Shown here one piece after another: positions 13,692 through 26,344 of a stretch of 64,000 bases of DNA (positions are counted from its first letter, which is position 1; the number at the start of each line of letters is the position of its first letter). Location of the stretch: the NCBI GenBank assembly GCA_973895155.1, contig OZ316895.1:15010816-15074815 (forward strand), written 5' to 3'. The stretch comes from Marsupella aquatica (lineage: Eukaryota; Plantae; Marchantiophyta). A program made the translations under genes and the position numbers. The notes beneath the pieces were generated by a model. It searched no databases, had not been told where the DNA came from, and worked only from the letters and a program-made list of their open reading frames with translations.

Positions 13692-13770
13692 CACAAATTG
13701 TGGAGAGACTCAATGGTAGCACAGCTCAGTTAGGGATCGGGAGGTCCCGGGTTTGAAACCAATTGTGTCA
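13692..13770 (+). pseudogene. Degenerate tRNA-like sequence (tRNA-Pro(AGG)-like pseudogene or SINE head)
   Basis: D-loop/A-box-like gactcaatggtag, anticodon-loop-like ttaggga, variable loop plus T arm gaggtcccgggtttgaaacc (B-box GTTCGA altered to GTTTGA). Ends are partly complementary (cacaaattg/caattgtg) but stems are broken. Confidence 0.45.
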
Positions 13771-13939
13771 AATAATGCACACTCTAGTCACACTTAGAAA
13801 GAATGTGACTTTGAAAAAAATTCAGGCAGCAAGTGCAGGCGGCGAAAAGGTACGGGAGGCTCATTATGAGCCTCGATCTTGTCTTTCGTTGTGAATTTAA
13901 GACATGATGTGTAGACTGAGGTGGTTGTGATTAATAGTC

Positions 13940-14830
13940 ATTTCTCTCACTCATGAGAATAATTAAAACTTTGCTCAAGTGGTAGAAATAAAGGCCATTA
14001 GATTCACAAATTTCAAATCTAAGAGATGGAAAAATTAAAAAACTAAGAGGAGTGTCAAAATAAGTTCAAAATAATCTAGGATACCAAAAAAATTAAAGAG
14101 GTCCCAAAATTAATTGACCAATTTTGACATTGATAGTACCAATGACGTCCCTTGATAAGGCACACTGAAATTAAAATACATAACACAAAAAATCTAAATA
14201 AGACAAAATTTGAAAGGTGGATTCACAAAATTATAGTAGCTTCAAAATTTGGTCTGCAATGGTCTTTGTATGCAGCAGCAAATAGCAGGAGTAATATTTT
14301 CTTGACTGTTGCCTATTTTTGAAATGGTAGATTTTTACGGACCCCCATGGAAAGCTCCTTCCAAAATGCCAAGCCTGGAAGCACGTACTGCCACATCAGG
14401 GGCCACATTAGCAATGTTGGTCACAAAGGAGAAGGGTTTGTTATACAAAAAGTACCAAACAAGACTATGTGTGGTGAGACAAGACTAGTAAAAAAACAGT
14501 TAGACCTTGTAATTGTACAAACAATGGAAAACTATAAAGTAACTTTTCAAATAAAGAAAGAAAGGGGTGGAAAGAAATAACCTTTGGATGAATTGTGATT
14601 ATATCAATGTTTTCCAGTAGATTTAATTTTATGCTCAAGTTTTTTTAATTTTATGAGCAATTTTTGGAATAACCATGATTGGGTAGAAAGAAACCCTTCA
14701 ACTAGTGTAACATTTACCAAGGTAACTTCAGAAACTCTTTGGCTACTATGGACAAAAGAACACCAAGGAAACATAAGAAACCCTTCATTGGACAACTACT
14801 ATGGATAAAAGAATACCAAACTAAGGAATG
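13940..14830. repeat. Dispersed AT-rich repeat, copy 1 (homologous blocks at ~22070-22330 and ~23620-23860)
   Basis: Shared blocks include aataagacaaaatYtgaaaggtggattcac (~14198 vs ~22284), aatttttgRaataaccatg (~14659 vs ~23713) and catttaccaag...gctact...ggacaaaRgaaYaYcaagg...taagaaacccttc (~14711-14786 vs ~23769-23851). Boundaries approximate. Confidence 0.7.
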
Positions 14831-17800
14831 CAAGAATTTGGAGTGGTTTAAGAGGGGAGTTTGCACAGAGTATCATAACTGCAGTATTTGGAAAATGATT
14901 GAACTTACCATCCATGATTAAAAGAACTTCTTAAAAAAATTAAAAATAAATCTATCAAACATTAAAAATTAAACATTTCTTGAAATGACTGACGTTAGTT
15001 TATCTGGTTTGGAGCTGATAATGGAAGTCAGATACCTTTTCTAACAAACTGATTCAAGACCCAGTTTTGCATACCTAGCTAACTCTACTTCACAAGACCT
15101 CCCAGGCATTAGTTTAGAAGCAAGTTGAGTTCCTTAAGAGTTTGGGCAGAAGTTTAACGACACTAGAATCATGGTTTTGTAAAGCTATGCAAGACCTGAG
15201 TCTGCTAAAGGCCGGTCACAAGGAGGGGGGACCATAAAGTATTGTTGGGGGAGTTTTGTTACCCATTCTTTTACACAACGTACAATCATGGAAGGGAAAC
15301 TTTATGCAGTTAATTTTGGAAGAGAAGTAATTATTTCCCTTCCAATACAAAATTAACAGTAAGGATTTAGTGTAAATTGAACTCCACATGAACTATGAGT
15401 TGTCAGACTGGCCAAATGAATGGGATAGACCTGTGGACCGATCCGCCTAATGAGCTGTAGATGGAGGCAGATTTTGATGAAGTTGCAGACCCGGTTGCAG
15501 ATCCACAAATGATCCAAGTTCTGAGTATATTCAAACATGATAGGGGTAGCTAGTATCATGATATTAGCCCCTTCCCTTGAAGCAAAGCCTCTCTGAAATA
15601 GTTCTTGTCCAAATGACTTTCATTTGGATCAAAGAAAGAATAACTAATCATAAAAGTACTTGGATTCCATCGATAAAGAGCTCGAGTGCCCATTCATGAC
15701 AAAAATTATCATGCATGATCATTGTTTTGAGATATGCAATATCCATATCATCCTTCTTTCCATTCACAAAGTTTTGGTGGGGCCCTAGTCTAAATCTAAG
15801 TCAAGTCACAGTCTAGAGGTTTCACTCTAGAAGCCTAAACCCCCAATTCTAGCTAGAACTGCTTATATAATTAGCACCAAGTACATGTCCTCTAAATAAT
15901 AAGAAAAACAAAATCATGTGAAAGCTATTCTAAATTGTATTCATAAAAATATACCGACAGTCTTATTTGTGGGGCCCTAGAGTCATGGTGTGCATTTTTT
16001 ACTCTAGAAGAGTAAACCCCAACCCTAGTTTCTCGTGGCCATTAATTATGTAACAGTTTTCATGCCCATTCTTTGAATATTTATAAAAATGATGACAAAA
16101 ATCACCATGTATGATCATCATTAATTTTGACATACAAACATCGATGATTTTTTCATCCTCATGAATTTTATGTCATGACTCTTTCCATCCACATGCATTC
16201 TGGTGGGATCCAAGTCACTCTCTAGAGTTTCACTCAAGAAACCTAGACCCAACCCAAACTCTAACTCCTCGGAACTATTTATTAGGAAGATTAACACCAA
16301 GTACACTTCCTTTATTTACCTCTTATAATAAAAGCAAAACCACATTAAATTTTTTGTAAACTGAATTCGTAGATTTACGATAGTGCATGTAGAAAATATC
16401 ACCTCCTCAGGAAAAAAAAATGGCTAGCTATTTGTACAGTTTTGCATTTCAGCAAAATAATTCAGCGATCGTAGATTAATCGTAATGGAGGAGGAATAGT
16501 AATGAAATGCAGTGTTCCAAAGAGAACGTCGGGCCGACGCAAAGTTCGTTTGAATCTAGCTAAATGCACGCGACAACAGAGTTCCCTTTCCCAGCCAGTG
16601 AACCCAAAATTAGACGTTTGTTTGACGACGTGACGGTTTTGCATGCTCAAGAGTCAACTGAATGAGATCTCAGTTCTCAACTGAGTTCACCCCAAGACAG
16701 ACAGATCCAACAGAAGCATGTATACGGCTGGTGGTAAGTCTGGTAACATTCCAAATCAGAGTCTCATCTGCGAATCGTCAATCATAATTCATAACAGGAC
16801 AATTATAAAATGAATAGGTTGAGCTAGGAAACACAAAAAAAGCGAAATCAATGGAGATGGGTTGATCAGCTGACAAGTTATCTCTGCAGTCCCTGTGCAA
16901 TCGATTAATTTTGACATGCTCATGCATGTCAGACATGGGCATATGTGTAAAATGCTGGCTAAGTTTGGCCTTTAGTTACCAGGTCATGCGGGACTTACGG
17001 GTGCTTGCTCTGATGGACTGGACTCGGAATGCAGTTGAGCGAGCTCGATATAGCTCCATGGAGCCTCTATGATGGAGTCCAAATTCGAGGTAAACCACAC
17101 CATTGAGCTGAGAATACCCAATTGATCACTCCTCAGATGGAAGGTCCCGCAGAAGGCTAGCTAGTACCTTAGTCAGCTGGTCTTGCGATTGCATGCCTAG
17201 CTGATGAACATGAAAATGACAAACAAGGCTTCTTTATTGTCTGCGGGAATCTAAGGACATTATATCCAGCTAATGATCAGAAGAGATTTTTGGAGAGAAC
17301 CAGACAAAGACGAGCTTCGTGATTGTAAACCGAGTTTGGACGAGCCGTGAAAGTGCAGCAATTCAAATTAAGTACGGACTTATTGTTTGCAGCGGACAAC
17401 TGCTTGTTTGAGTTGAGTTTTAGCTCGTAGCTAGTGTCAGATTAGACAGTTTTCAACTTAGTGAAGTAGTCCACGCCAGGCTATAACTCGGTCCTAGTGA
17501 ATGACATATATACAATTGCGAGCGTTTGACCTATGTTGTAACTCACAGCTAAGTGAACTTAAGTTCGATCCGGTCAGCCAGGTAGCCCATAGATGCTTAC
17601 AACCTAGCTTCTCATTGAGTATTTGAGAACATTGATATATAAAGTCGAAATTAATTACTTTCACTGAGGCGATATAAATTTAACTAAGTTCATCTGCTGA
17701 CCTACTTGGGCATGGCCCCTAAGACGGCTCATGATCAATGGCTGGAAATTCAAAACCAATTCTAATCTCAATTGCAAGGGGGTAGGTTGATTTAAATTCC

Positions 17801-20464
17801 GTCTTATTTAAAACTGTGTATGCCAAGGTTTAGCTGACAACGTTCTAGTTGGAGGAAAGCTTGATCGACAAACAAATGGATGATAATGAATGATCCAAGC
17901 AGAAAGAGCTGGGACGCAGGTAGGGTAGTGGTCCTAGCCTCTCTGGACGGTCTTTGTCTCAAGGAATCTGATGAACGAAAATCAAGGTCGGCAATTAGTA
18001 ACATCATAGGTTCTGAGTGGCTCAGCGTATCGTGCTAATGTACAAGAAAGGCTTCTCTGGTAATAGCCTACGAATGGGCCCCAGCTACAGGCTAGGTTCA
18101 TGAATCAGGGACTATGTTTGGACTCAAAGTCATTAAGAACCGAACTTCCAAAGTTTTGTGTCCAATTCCAGATCATTCTCCCGCCAAGGACTGGAACCAT
18201 GTATGCAAGTCAGTCAAAATTCAAGCAAGGTTGACGTGTCGGGGTAAGCAGTAAAATTGTCCCTAATTAATTATGAATATGTCCAGGGGTCGACCTCAAT
18301 TTGGATTGATACAAAAGCAAGCGACACTTCGTTTAGTGAAAAACCCGGTGAAAAAATATGACTACGTTTGTATGAAGGCGCGCCAGGACACACTCAGCTA
18401 GAAGTGACAGTAACTCAATATTAGGCTGGAGCATATTCATTATCTTGCGTTCCACATCGGATGAAAACGATCTCTCGCACGTAGAACCGGAAATTACGCA
18501 AGCGGTGAAGTCTTACCCACATCAAAATTGGAGATTACAGTAGACTGATCCTGTAATAATCGGGATGGCAAACTCGGAGGCTCAGTGGTTCAAATCTACG
18601 ATCATCGCAACGTGTGATAACAAGGCGAAGACCCTAATTAGGCAAGCCTAGAAGCAAGGTGCTCTCCCAATTACTCGTGCTCAGAGTTGGGTAATTCAAA
18701 GGTTCTGGCGACATGGTCACGTACTTGGGACATCATTCTCCACTGCTGTGTAGTCCTCCGCATTCACTAAAATAGTGGCTTCATGCCTTAGAGCTCCTTT
18801 ATTCCGTGCCAAGAAATTAAAATAGGATTAATTGGCGGCAGAGTACGATTGACGATGTCTTCTAGGAGCTAAATTAGATTCCGCCCAGATCTAAGGGGTG
18901 GAGTTAGGAGGCAATCAAAGCTTCGGTAAATATATTTTTTGGGGCCTTCCGAGCAGGTTCTCTTTCGAGGGCTCTTCCCCAAGGGATTGACAGCTTTCTT
19001 AAGACGGGCCACCACATAAGCGTAGACTTGAGGTCAGGTGTTTGCAAGGCAGTTCAATTTCATCCAGGGACCCAGCTGAGGCGTGGTAAGGGCATGGGAT
19101 TAATTGTGCACGGTGGGCCCTTTTCGTCAGGCCGGGTCTTTAGCTTGGCAAAGCGGTGCCAGGGTCAACCGGGGCTTGCCGTGCTGCCAGTTAGATTGTC
19201 TTTGCACAATACCCAGACTCTAAATAATCGGCCAAAGTCCTCTGCATTCGTCCTATGCTCCAAACCTTTGACTCAAACAACAACTTAAAACCTTCTGCCA
19301 CGTACCGCCAGCTTCCATTCCTTCTCAAACCAAATTATGTAGACTTTAGTTTGTAGCTGAGTGAGTACGTCCAACGCGTGCAGGCCAGGGGGCTACTATA
19401 GTGTCCGAGCTTGCCCAGGTGATCGAAACAGAAATTAAGGCATTAATTGGAATCCAGTAGATTCAAGCTTGAAGCTGTAATCGTCCAATATTTTGTGCTC
19501 ATGTGAATATGTCGTTAGCCCCGCCATGTCGATCGCTTTCCCACCCCTCTCGCTCTTCGGGTCGGTGGTACTACTACTTGTTTGCTGTCGGGGCATTGCC
19601 CGCTCTCATCTGCTTTGGATTCGTGCTCCCACTGTCCAGACCGGGGTCCGGACATAATTAAGTCTGCACGTCTACAGTAGCTCGCACTCGGTTGGTTTGC
19701 GAATAGGTAACGTGCCCTTCTTCAGCACTCTCCAAGAGTTGTGATAGATCTTTCAGCACTCTTCGACACTTCGAACTCAAAACAACTATATATGGAGGGA
19801 GCCATGCATGAACTACTGTAGCTTTCTGGCCTCAACATGGGTGGCTGCGCAATGATAATCTCAAAATCCAAGTAGGATCATGTTTGCCTTGGGTTGGTAC
19901 TCGATACTCGCCGGTATGGATGGAGGGGTTTATGCTTCCTATGTACTTCTCGTTTATATATAATGGATTTTATTATCAATAAGTTCAAATAGCATGGTCT
20001 TAGAATGGACCAGCTATATAATGTAACTTTTATTACCAGACTTTCACAGACCAGGGACCCTAAAGTATTGTTGGGGTAGTTTCAAAATCTAGGGGTCTTG
20101 CTAGTGGATTACAAAGAATAATAGCCAAAATTTACATAGTCCCATGTCTGACCCGGCTAGTTGAACGCTCTCTATTTCCATAAAAATCTAATCTAAAATT
20201 CAGACATACTACGCAGCGGCCTTTAATGTTTTCAGGTTTCACACAAACTAATGGGATATCTCTAGGGATGATTGAGCCATTGATATAAGGACCTGGTAGA
20301 TATCTCTCAAGAGAAGTGCCTTGCAATGGAGGCTGGGACAACATCTGTAAGTACCATGAATCACAATAATGGAGCACTTAGGCCACTCTCACTCAAATTC
20401 GGGAGTCAGTACAAATTAAAATAGAGGTATATGTATGCTTGATGGGAACCTTGCCAATGAAACA

Positions 20465-21321
20465 AATTTAAGTAAGAGGTCCCAAGTAAATTTTTGTTAC
20501 AAACTAGGCCCCCCACAAAAACATTTTTACAAACTAGCTAGGCCCCCTACATAGGTTCCATAGACATGATTGCTATATATGTGATGCCTAGTTGCATGGT
20601 CAACCCTACATTTCCCACCGCAATCCATATATTGTACTCTGCGTCATAGTCCACCACTTGAACATGTATACTTGAAGACATAATGGATTATGTCTTCATG
20701 TACATGATTATAGAGTTTTAGGGTATCCATTGTTACGGGTTAATTTGCACAACATATGATTGACTCCATATATTTGTCTTTGTTTCACACTTAGACAATT
20801 TTTGAAGGTTGCAACAAGGGAAAATAGCCAAGCTAGAGTAAAAGATCCTTCTATAAGTTGGTTCCTTAGCTTGCATACTTAGGCAAATTTGGGGTTTAGA
20901 TGCACTAGATGACAATATATATCCATGTTGTCTTCGTTTCACACTATAGGCAAATTTTGAAGGTTGCACTAGGGACCAATGGCCAAAATATAATGAAGTA
21001 GAGGATTCATTATAGAAGCAACCTAAAGTCAGACTGTATGGTAGAAATTCAAACCTGAAGACATACACCATTTTGTCTTCACTTACTTACTTAATAAATT
21101 GCAGTTTGCGCGGCAGCTGCCAGTACTCCGCTGTTTCCCATTGGTGTAGTTTGTCATTCAACTAGCACAGTTTGACTCTAAATGTACTGTATAGTAGCTC
21201 ATATTGGTGATAATGTCAAACTAAAAGTCCTTATTGGAACTTTACAAGAACATTTTACACAAAGGTACCAAAGGGGGCCTAGTTTGTAACAAAAGTTTCT
21301 TAAGGGCCTATCATGTAGATT
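20465..21321. mobile_element. Non-autonomous TIR element (MULE-like MITE, ends approximate)
   Basis: ttttgttacaaactaggccccc (~20492-20513) is the reverse complement of gggggcctagtttgtaacaaaa (~21273-21294). Imperfect pairing extends ~25 bp outward. TSD not resolved. Confidence 0.6.
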
Positions 21322-21738
21322 TCTTTTAGCAGGGACGATCAAGCATATACGTCATACAAATTTCCCATTTTCCCACGTTTACTTTTATAATAAACAAAGA
21401 GAATTCTACTTATGGTGCCGTGGTATGGCCATATACCCTGAATTAAAAGTGATAGTGATGGTTTATTACATGGTTGTAGAGCCCTTAGAGGCATGGCTAT
21501 GTGGTAGCTCGATCCCTTGAGTAGTGACTCATAGGGCTTGGGTTCAAATATTGTGACTTTTCCCTTTCTCTGGGATTTCACAGATGTCAAATTAAAATAC
21601 ACGTCTCATAGAGAAGTAACCTAATACTAGGGGAGGGCCACTCTCCCCACTAATTGTAAGCTAGTGTCACTGGCAGGATTTTCCATACAATCCACCAATT
21701 CTAGATGGTTGACCCCAAACCCATTCTGGCCCAAAGTG

Positions 21739-21771
21739 CTAGATATAGCATGTTCATCCTGGAACATGCCT
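21739..21771 (-). mobile_element. Helitron-like 3' terminus (hairpin + CTAG)
   Basis: The minus strand reads GCATGTTC-6 nt-GAACATGC-tatat-CTAG. A homologous motif occurs on + at 33518-33550. Confidence 0.45.
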
Positions 21772-22729
21772 CTTTTTTTGTCTTGTAGCGATTGTTATTA
21801 GTTTATGATAATTTAAGAAATAGGGACATGTAAAGTATATGCCAAAAAATCAATATCTGTTAATTAAGAGTGAGTGACATAACACACAAAACCATAGTAC
21901 ACATGCAAAGAAAATCACATTATATGACCAAGAAAATACAAATGTACTAAAGAGTTGTGCACATTATGTACAGATTTTCACTTGCTTCTAGTAACTCAAT
22001 TAAAATCATAAATTTTGTAAAGGAAATCACTAGGAGAACTTAGTACACCACATGTGCACATTATTCAAATTCATTTTTCTCACTCTCATGAGAGACAAGA
22101 GAATTCACTAATGAGTGATTGAAAAGGAAGGATTAAACATTTATGAGAGGAGCCAAATACATTCAAAATACTCTAAGTTCACTACAATTAAAAGAGGCCA
22201 AAAGTTAATTCAAAATCAAATTAATACAAATGATTCACCTTGTTAAAGCACATTAAAATCAAAATATTGGACATAAAATATGAATAAGACAAAATCTGAA
22301 AGGTGGATTCACCATATAGTAACTTCCGATTTGCCTTCATTGATTTAGTAATCAAAGGGAAAAGAAAAGCACAATGGAGAAAACATCTCATGAATACCAA
22401 GCTAATAAAATCTCAGTCATCTAGATGGCTATAATCTCTAATTGATTGAAAGGATATCCCGTCAAATCAAAATTAATTCAGTGAGCAATTGATTCATTAT
22501 TAATATCTCAGCACTGCCCAAAATAATGATGTCGATTGAGTAGCATTCAGGAACATTTTCCATCAAATTTACTACTACAGAAGGTCATGCTAGCTATTGC
22601 ATGGATTGCTTTATGTATAATGCACTACGCTCTAGTCTGTAGCTGTCTTGGATGCCTCTGCAACTAGATGTGGCCAGGCCCTCACTCAAGACACCACTGT
22701 AAGAAGTGGCTAGACCTATGTTATAAGAG

Positions 22730-23351
22730 CTCGGGGGTCTCACTATATGGGGACCTCCCCATCACGTACGACATTTTTAGGTCTCGACACCCTAAAATGT
22801 AAGAATTTTTTTTAAGTTTTAAACCCCTATAAAGTTTACTTGGAATATTCCAAAAATGATTAAAAATACTCTAATGTTCTTATAAGTCTCAAAATTGAAT
22901 TTCACATGGTATCTCGTTATTCTTTGTGATCTTGACCACGTTTTTAACGCCTATTTGCATTCTTGTTGGCTTTTACAGCGTCAAGAGTTATAAAAAAGAG
23001 TATATGATAGCATTTTCCATTTGCGAATCTTTATTAATTGCTGTGTCTTGCTCACTCGATCTTTTAATATTTTACGTTTACACTATACGCCACGAATGAA
23101 CCTAAAGTACTAAACAAAATAGGAATTAGTTTGATAATGGTTGGAGTAGCAAACTCAGATTCGGCCATAATTTCATTTCTGGGTAATATGAAAAGTGAAT
23201 TAGCCCAAAAATTGGTACCTGAACCAATCATCATATCTCTGGACTCTATTGATCTTCTGCAAAAATTCTTAAATCTTTCCTTAGAACCAATAAAACAATT
23301 TTATCTTTCGTTGCACGTGATATGTCATTTTTGTGAAAGTGAAACCCCTAG
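22730..23351. mobile_element. MITE with 8-bp TSD (hAT-like), 622 bp, family copy 1
   Basis: Termini CTCGGGGGTCTCACT...AGTGAAACCCCTAG. Perfect 8-bp TSD TATAAGAG at 22722-22729 and 23352-23359. Homologous to 31620-31908. Confidence 0.9.
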
Positions 23352-26344
23352 TATAAGAGTTTTCAATTATAACCATTAATGATTATTCTAGACCCTCATG
23401 GGAACCTCCTCCCAAAATCCTTGGAATTGCATGTAGCCACATCAGCACTATCAGTCACAAATGGTTAGCCCTAGGGTTAGTCATGCAAGTTTAGCCAAAT
23501 CTGTCAATTTGTGTTTGTGGCAAGGCCGCAAAGAAGACCAGTTAGACCCCATTGTGAAACAAATAATGGGAAACTGAAAACAACACTTCAATTAAACAAC
23601 AAAGAAGTAAAAAAATAACATTTGGATGGGTTGAGATTGATAATCAGTTTTTTTCAATAATTTGTTTGAAAGTTTCTATTTAATTCAAAGGAAAGTTTCT
23701 ATTTAATTGACAAATTTTTGAAATAACCATGGCCGGGTCAAAAGAAAATCTTTGACTTCTATAACTTACATTTACCAAGTACTGTAATTAAGAAATCCTT
23801 CAGCTACTAGGGACAAAGGAATATCAAGGGAACATATATAAGAAACCCTTCGGCTACTCTATTATGTTATGTGGATTATATGGAATGTTACATGGAATGT
23901 ATAGGAGTACCAAGGGGAAATTTAATTTGCATGGACTGTTACAATGAATAATCTACTCTTTTTGTCCTCTGATCTTAATATTGAAACCTATTTCAATATG
24001 AAACCCATTATGGCTTCAATGAAGTTGTTGAATAACCATCATAAAACTTACATAACCAAGGTGCATGATCTTTGTCACTCTAAATCTATAATTTAAGAAT
24101 GTTTGGTATCACTTTTAAGAATCAATGACTCACTTTTCATTGAACTCATTAAGATATCATAGTTGGGCTTTAAGTAAGCTAGGGTACCAAATAACAAATT
24201 AGCGTCCAGCATGGCCGGGCTTGCTGTATCCCCTAAGCTTGTAATTCCGCCTTGAAACATTCCCTGCTTACACCCGAATATCATTCTTGTAGCTCTTCAC
24301 ATTATAATGAACCCAAAAATGAACAGCCGCACGTACATCGCTAGGTGGAGGGTGATATTGCCCCCTTGTGGCCTCCCCTCTCCTTCCTCTCCTCCCCCAA
24401 CCTCCATCAGTATTGTTGCAGAAAGTTGAATTTTGCAAAAATGCTGTCGTTGCGTGCATGAATGGACTCAAGTACTAGTCAAACATTGCAAAAGTACGTC
24501 TACGAGGAAGTAGGCTATGGAGACCCGTATGGAGAATGCAATTAAATAGGTAGAGAGTCCAAATCAGAGCAAGAGTTAGGCAAGAGCTACTTAGGTGACA
24601 GCTAGGCAAGGAGCTAGGCAAGTAGCAGAGACTAGTCTAGACACAAGGTTAATTAGGTCAATTAAATGTGTTGGGCGATACAAAAATCAACCCAGCCCCC
24701 TGATGGCTTCTCTCACTGACACTAGTTTGATAAACTCCTTCAATTCCCTAGATTTGGGATTCCAATGGCCACCAAAAAATAACACAATTATTAGATGATC
24801 TGTATTTTACCAATCCCTTATTAAATTTTCCTCCCTCCCCTTTCCCTGTTTTTGGTCTTGTTTTGGTCTTTTGGTCAAACTCCCACTCAAATTTCAAGTA
24901 CTAGGGGATCTACTTCACCATAATTAATTCTTCAATTTCGTATTAGTCACAAACTTTTAAAATGACTATAAAATCACCACAATTATCTAGTCAATTTAAT
25001 AATCTAAACAAATTTCAAAAATGATTATTTTGTCCTATCTGGGATATTGGTGCTGGTAGGGGCCGCGAATCTCGGCTTTGAACGAACCTTGAAATAAATC
25101 AGGAAGTAAACTTAATTAGGGCTGTTGGGGGGGGGTAGATTAAGTGGGTTCAGATCATTACACAAGAATAGATGGATCACACAATAATAAGCACCTCTAT
25201 ATGATAGCACTAACATAAATAATTAATTAATTAAGATAAAATATAAAGACCGTCGAATACTCGAATTGAATCCGAAATGGCTGTGTTGGCAAAAAGTTCG
25301 AACAGACACAAATGGGCTTTCTCGTCCTCTTCCTCCTGTCGTCACCCTGCAATGGAGAAAAACGAGCATAGGAAGTATCGTCGCTCTCTTAATGCGACTA
25401 GACGACGCCATGTCCTCTCGTCCTCTCTGCCCTCCACTCCACCCTCGCAGCTGCATCACACTCCGTCGTTCCTGCCATCATATACTTGACCACTTCCCCA
25501 CAAATTCCTATGCGCGTCCCGTCCCTTCGAACCACTGACTTTCTTGCCAATTCTCCGTCTTCCTGATTGAGAGAGTCTCTTGTCACCACCCTCGCCAGGC
25601 CGCTCAGGACTTGGCTTCTCTCCTGATGTCAGCCTCTGACTAGCTAGGGCCCCATCGCAGTTTGTTCGATCCGGAATCTGGTCTGAGGCGCTCAGCTAGC
25701 TTCATACGCTTGGCCTAATTGCTAGCTAGCTCGCTTGTCCATCACAGCCTTGAATTGATCTTGCTCGGTCGCCACTTGATTCGGTTCACGCATCGTTGCA
25801 ATTGCTAACTGCTGCGACTACAGTAACCATCGACCCTGAAAGGAGGTTGGTCGGTCTAGCTGCTTCCCGATCGATCATAGTCGCATATAGAGCCCAGGTC
25901 AGAGTTGATGGAATGTCTTCTATAGTCTGATCGCTCCATTCCGACCTTGGTCATGTGTAGAATCTAAGTCGTTTCCATCATTCCCTTTCTCCGAATTCGA
26001 AGGGAGTTTCCTAACATTCACGTCAATTACACGGACATAGCCAGTTCTCGAATACCTTTTACTGTCGAAGGTGTAAGGATCGATATCTGACCTGTTCCTG
26101 GTTCGAAGCAAGCGTAATCGACGTACGTTACGTTACCACTGTGGATAGTATCTCCACGCGGTGTTGCGGTTTCAAACCATGTGTTCAGATCGTACATGCG
26201 TTCCGAAGATAGTTCAATTCGGCATGGACGTTTTCACATAGCAAGTTCAGACGGAAATTGCTTCTCCTTAGCCTGACCACTCGAGTCGATCCGATTCAGT
26301 GCAGCTCCCAGACTCCCTCTCGGTTCCAAGCTCAAAAACTACTC

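Noticed and set aside
15000-15700. Possible decayed LINE 3' region on the minus strand
   Set aside because: Only faint IW...F-like resemblance with many stops; not supportable.
16400-19900. Long non-repetitive, moderately GC-rich region upstream of the AP2 gene, checked for conserved miRNAs or hidden genes
   Set aside because: No match by eye to conserved land-plant miRNAs (160/166/171/319/390/408/529/536) and no exon chain found. Probably regulatory DNA, but no specific site is supportable.
25277-25489. 70-aa ATG ORF upstream of the AP2 gene as a regulatory uORF
   Set aside because: Transcription start is unknown and the peptide is low-complexity, reflecting CT-rich leader composition; no evidence of conservation.
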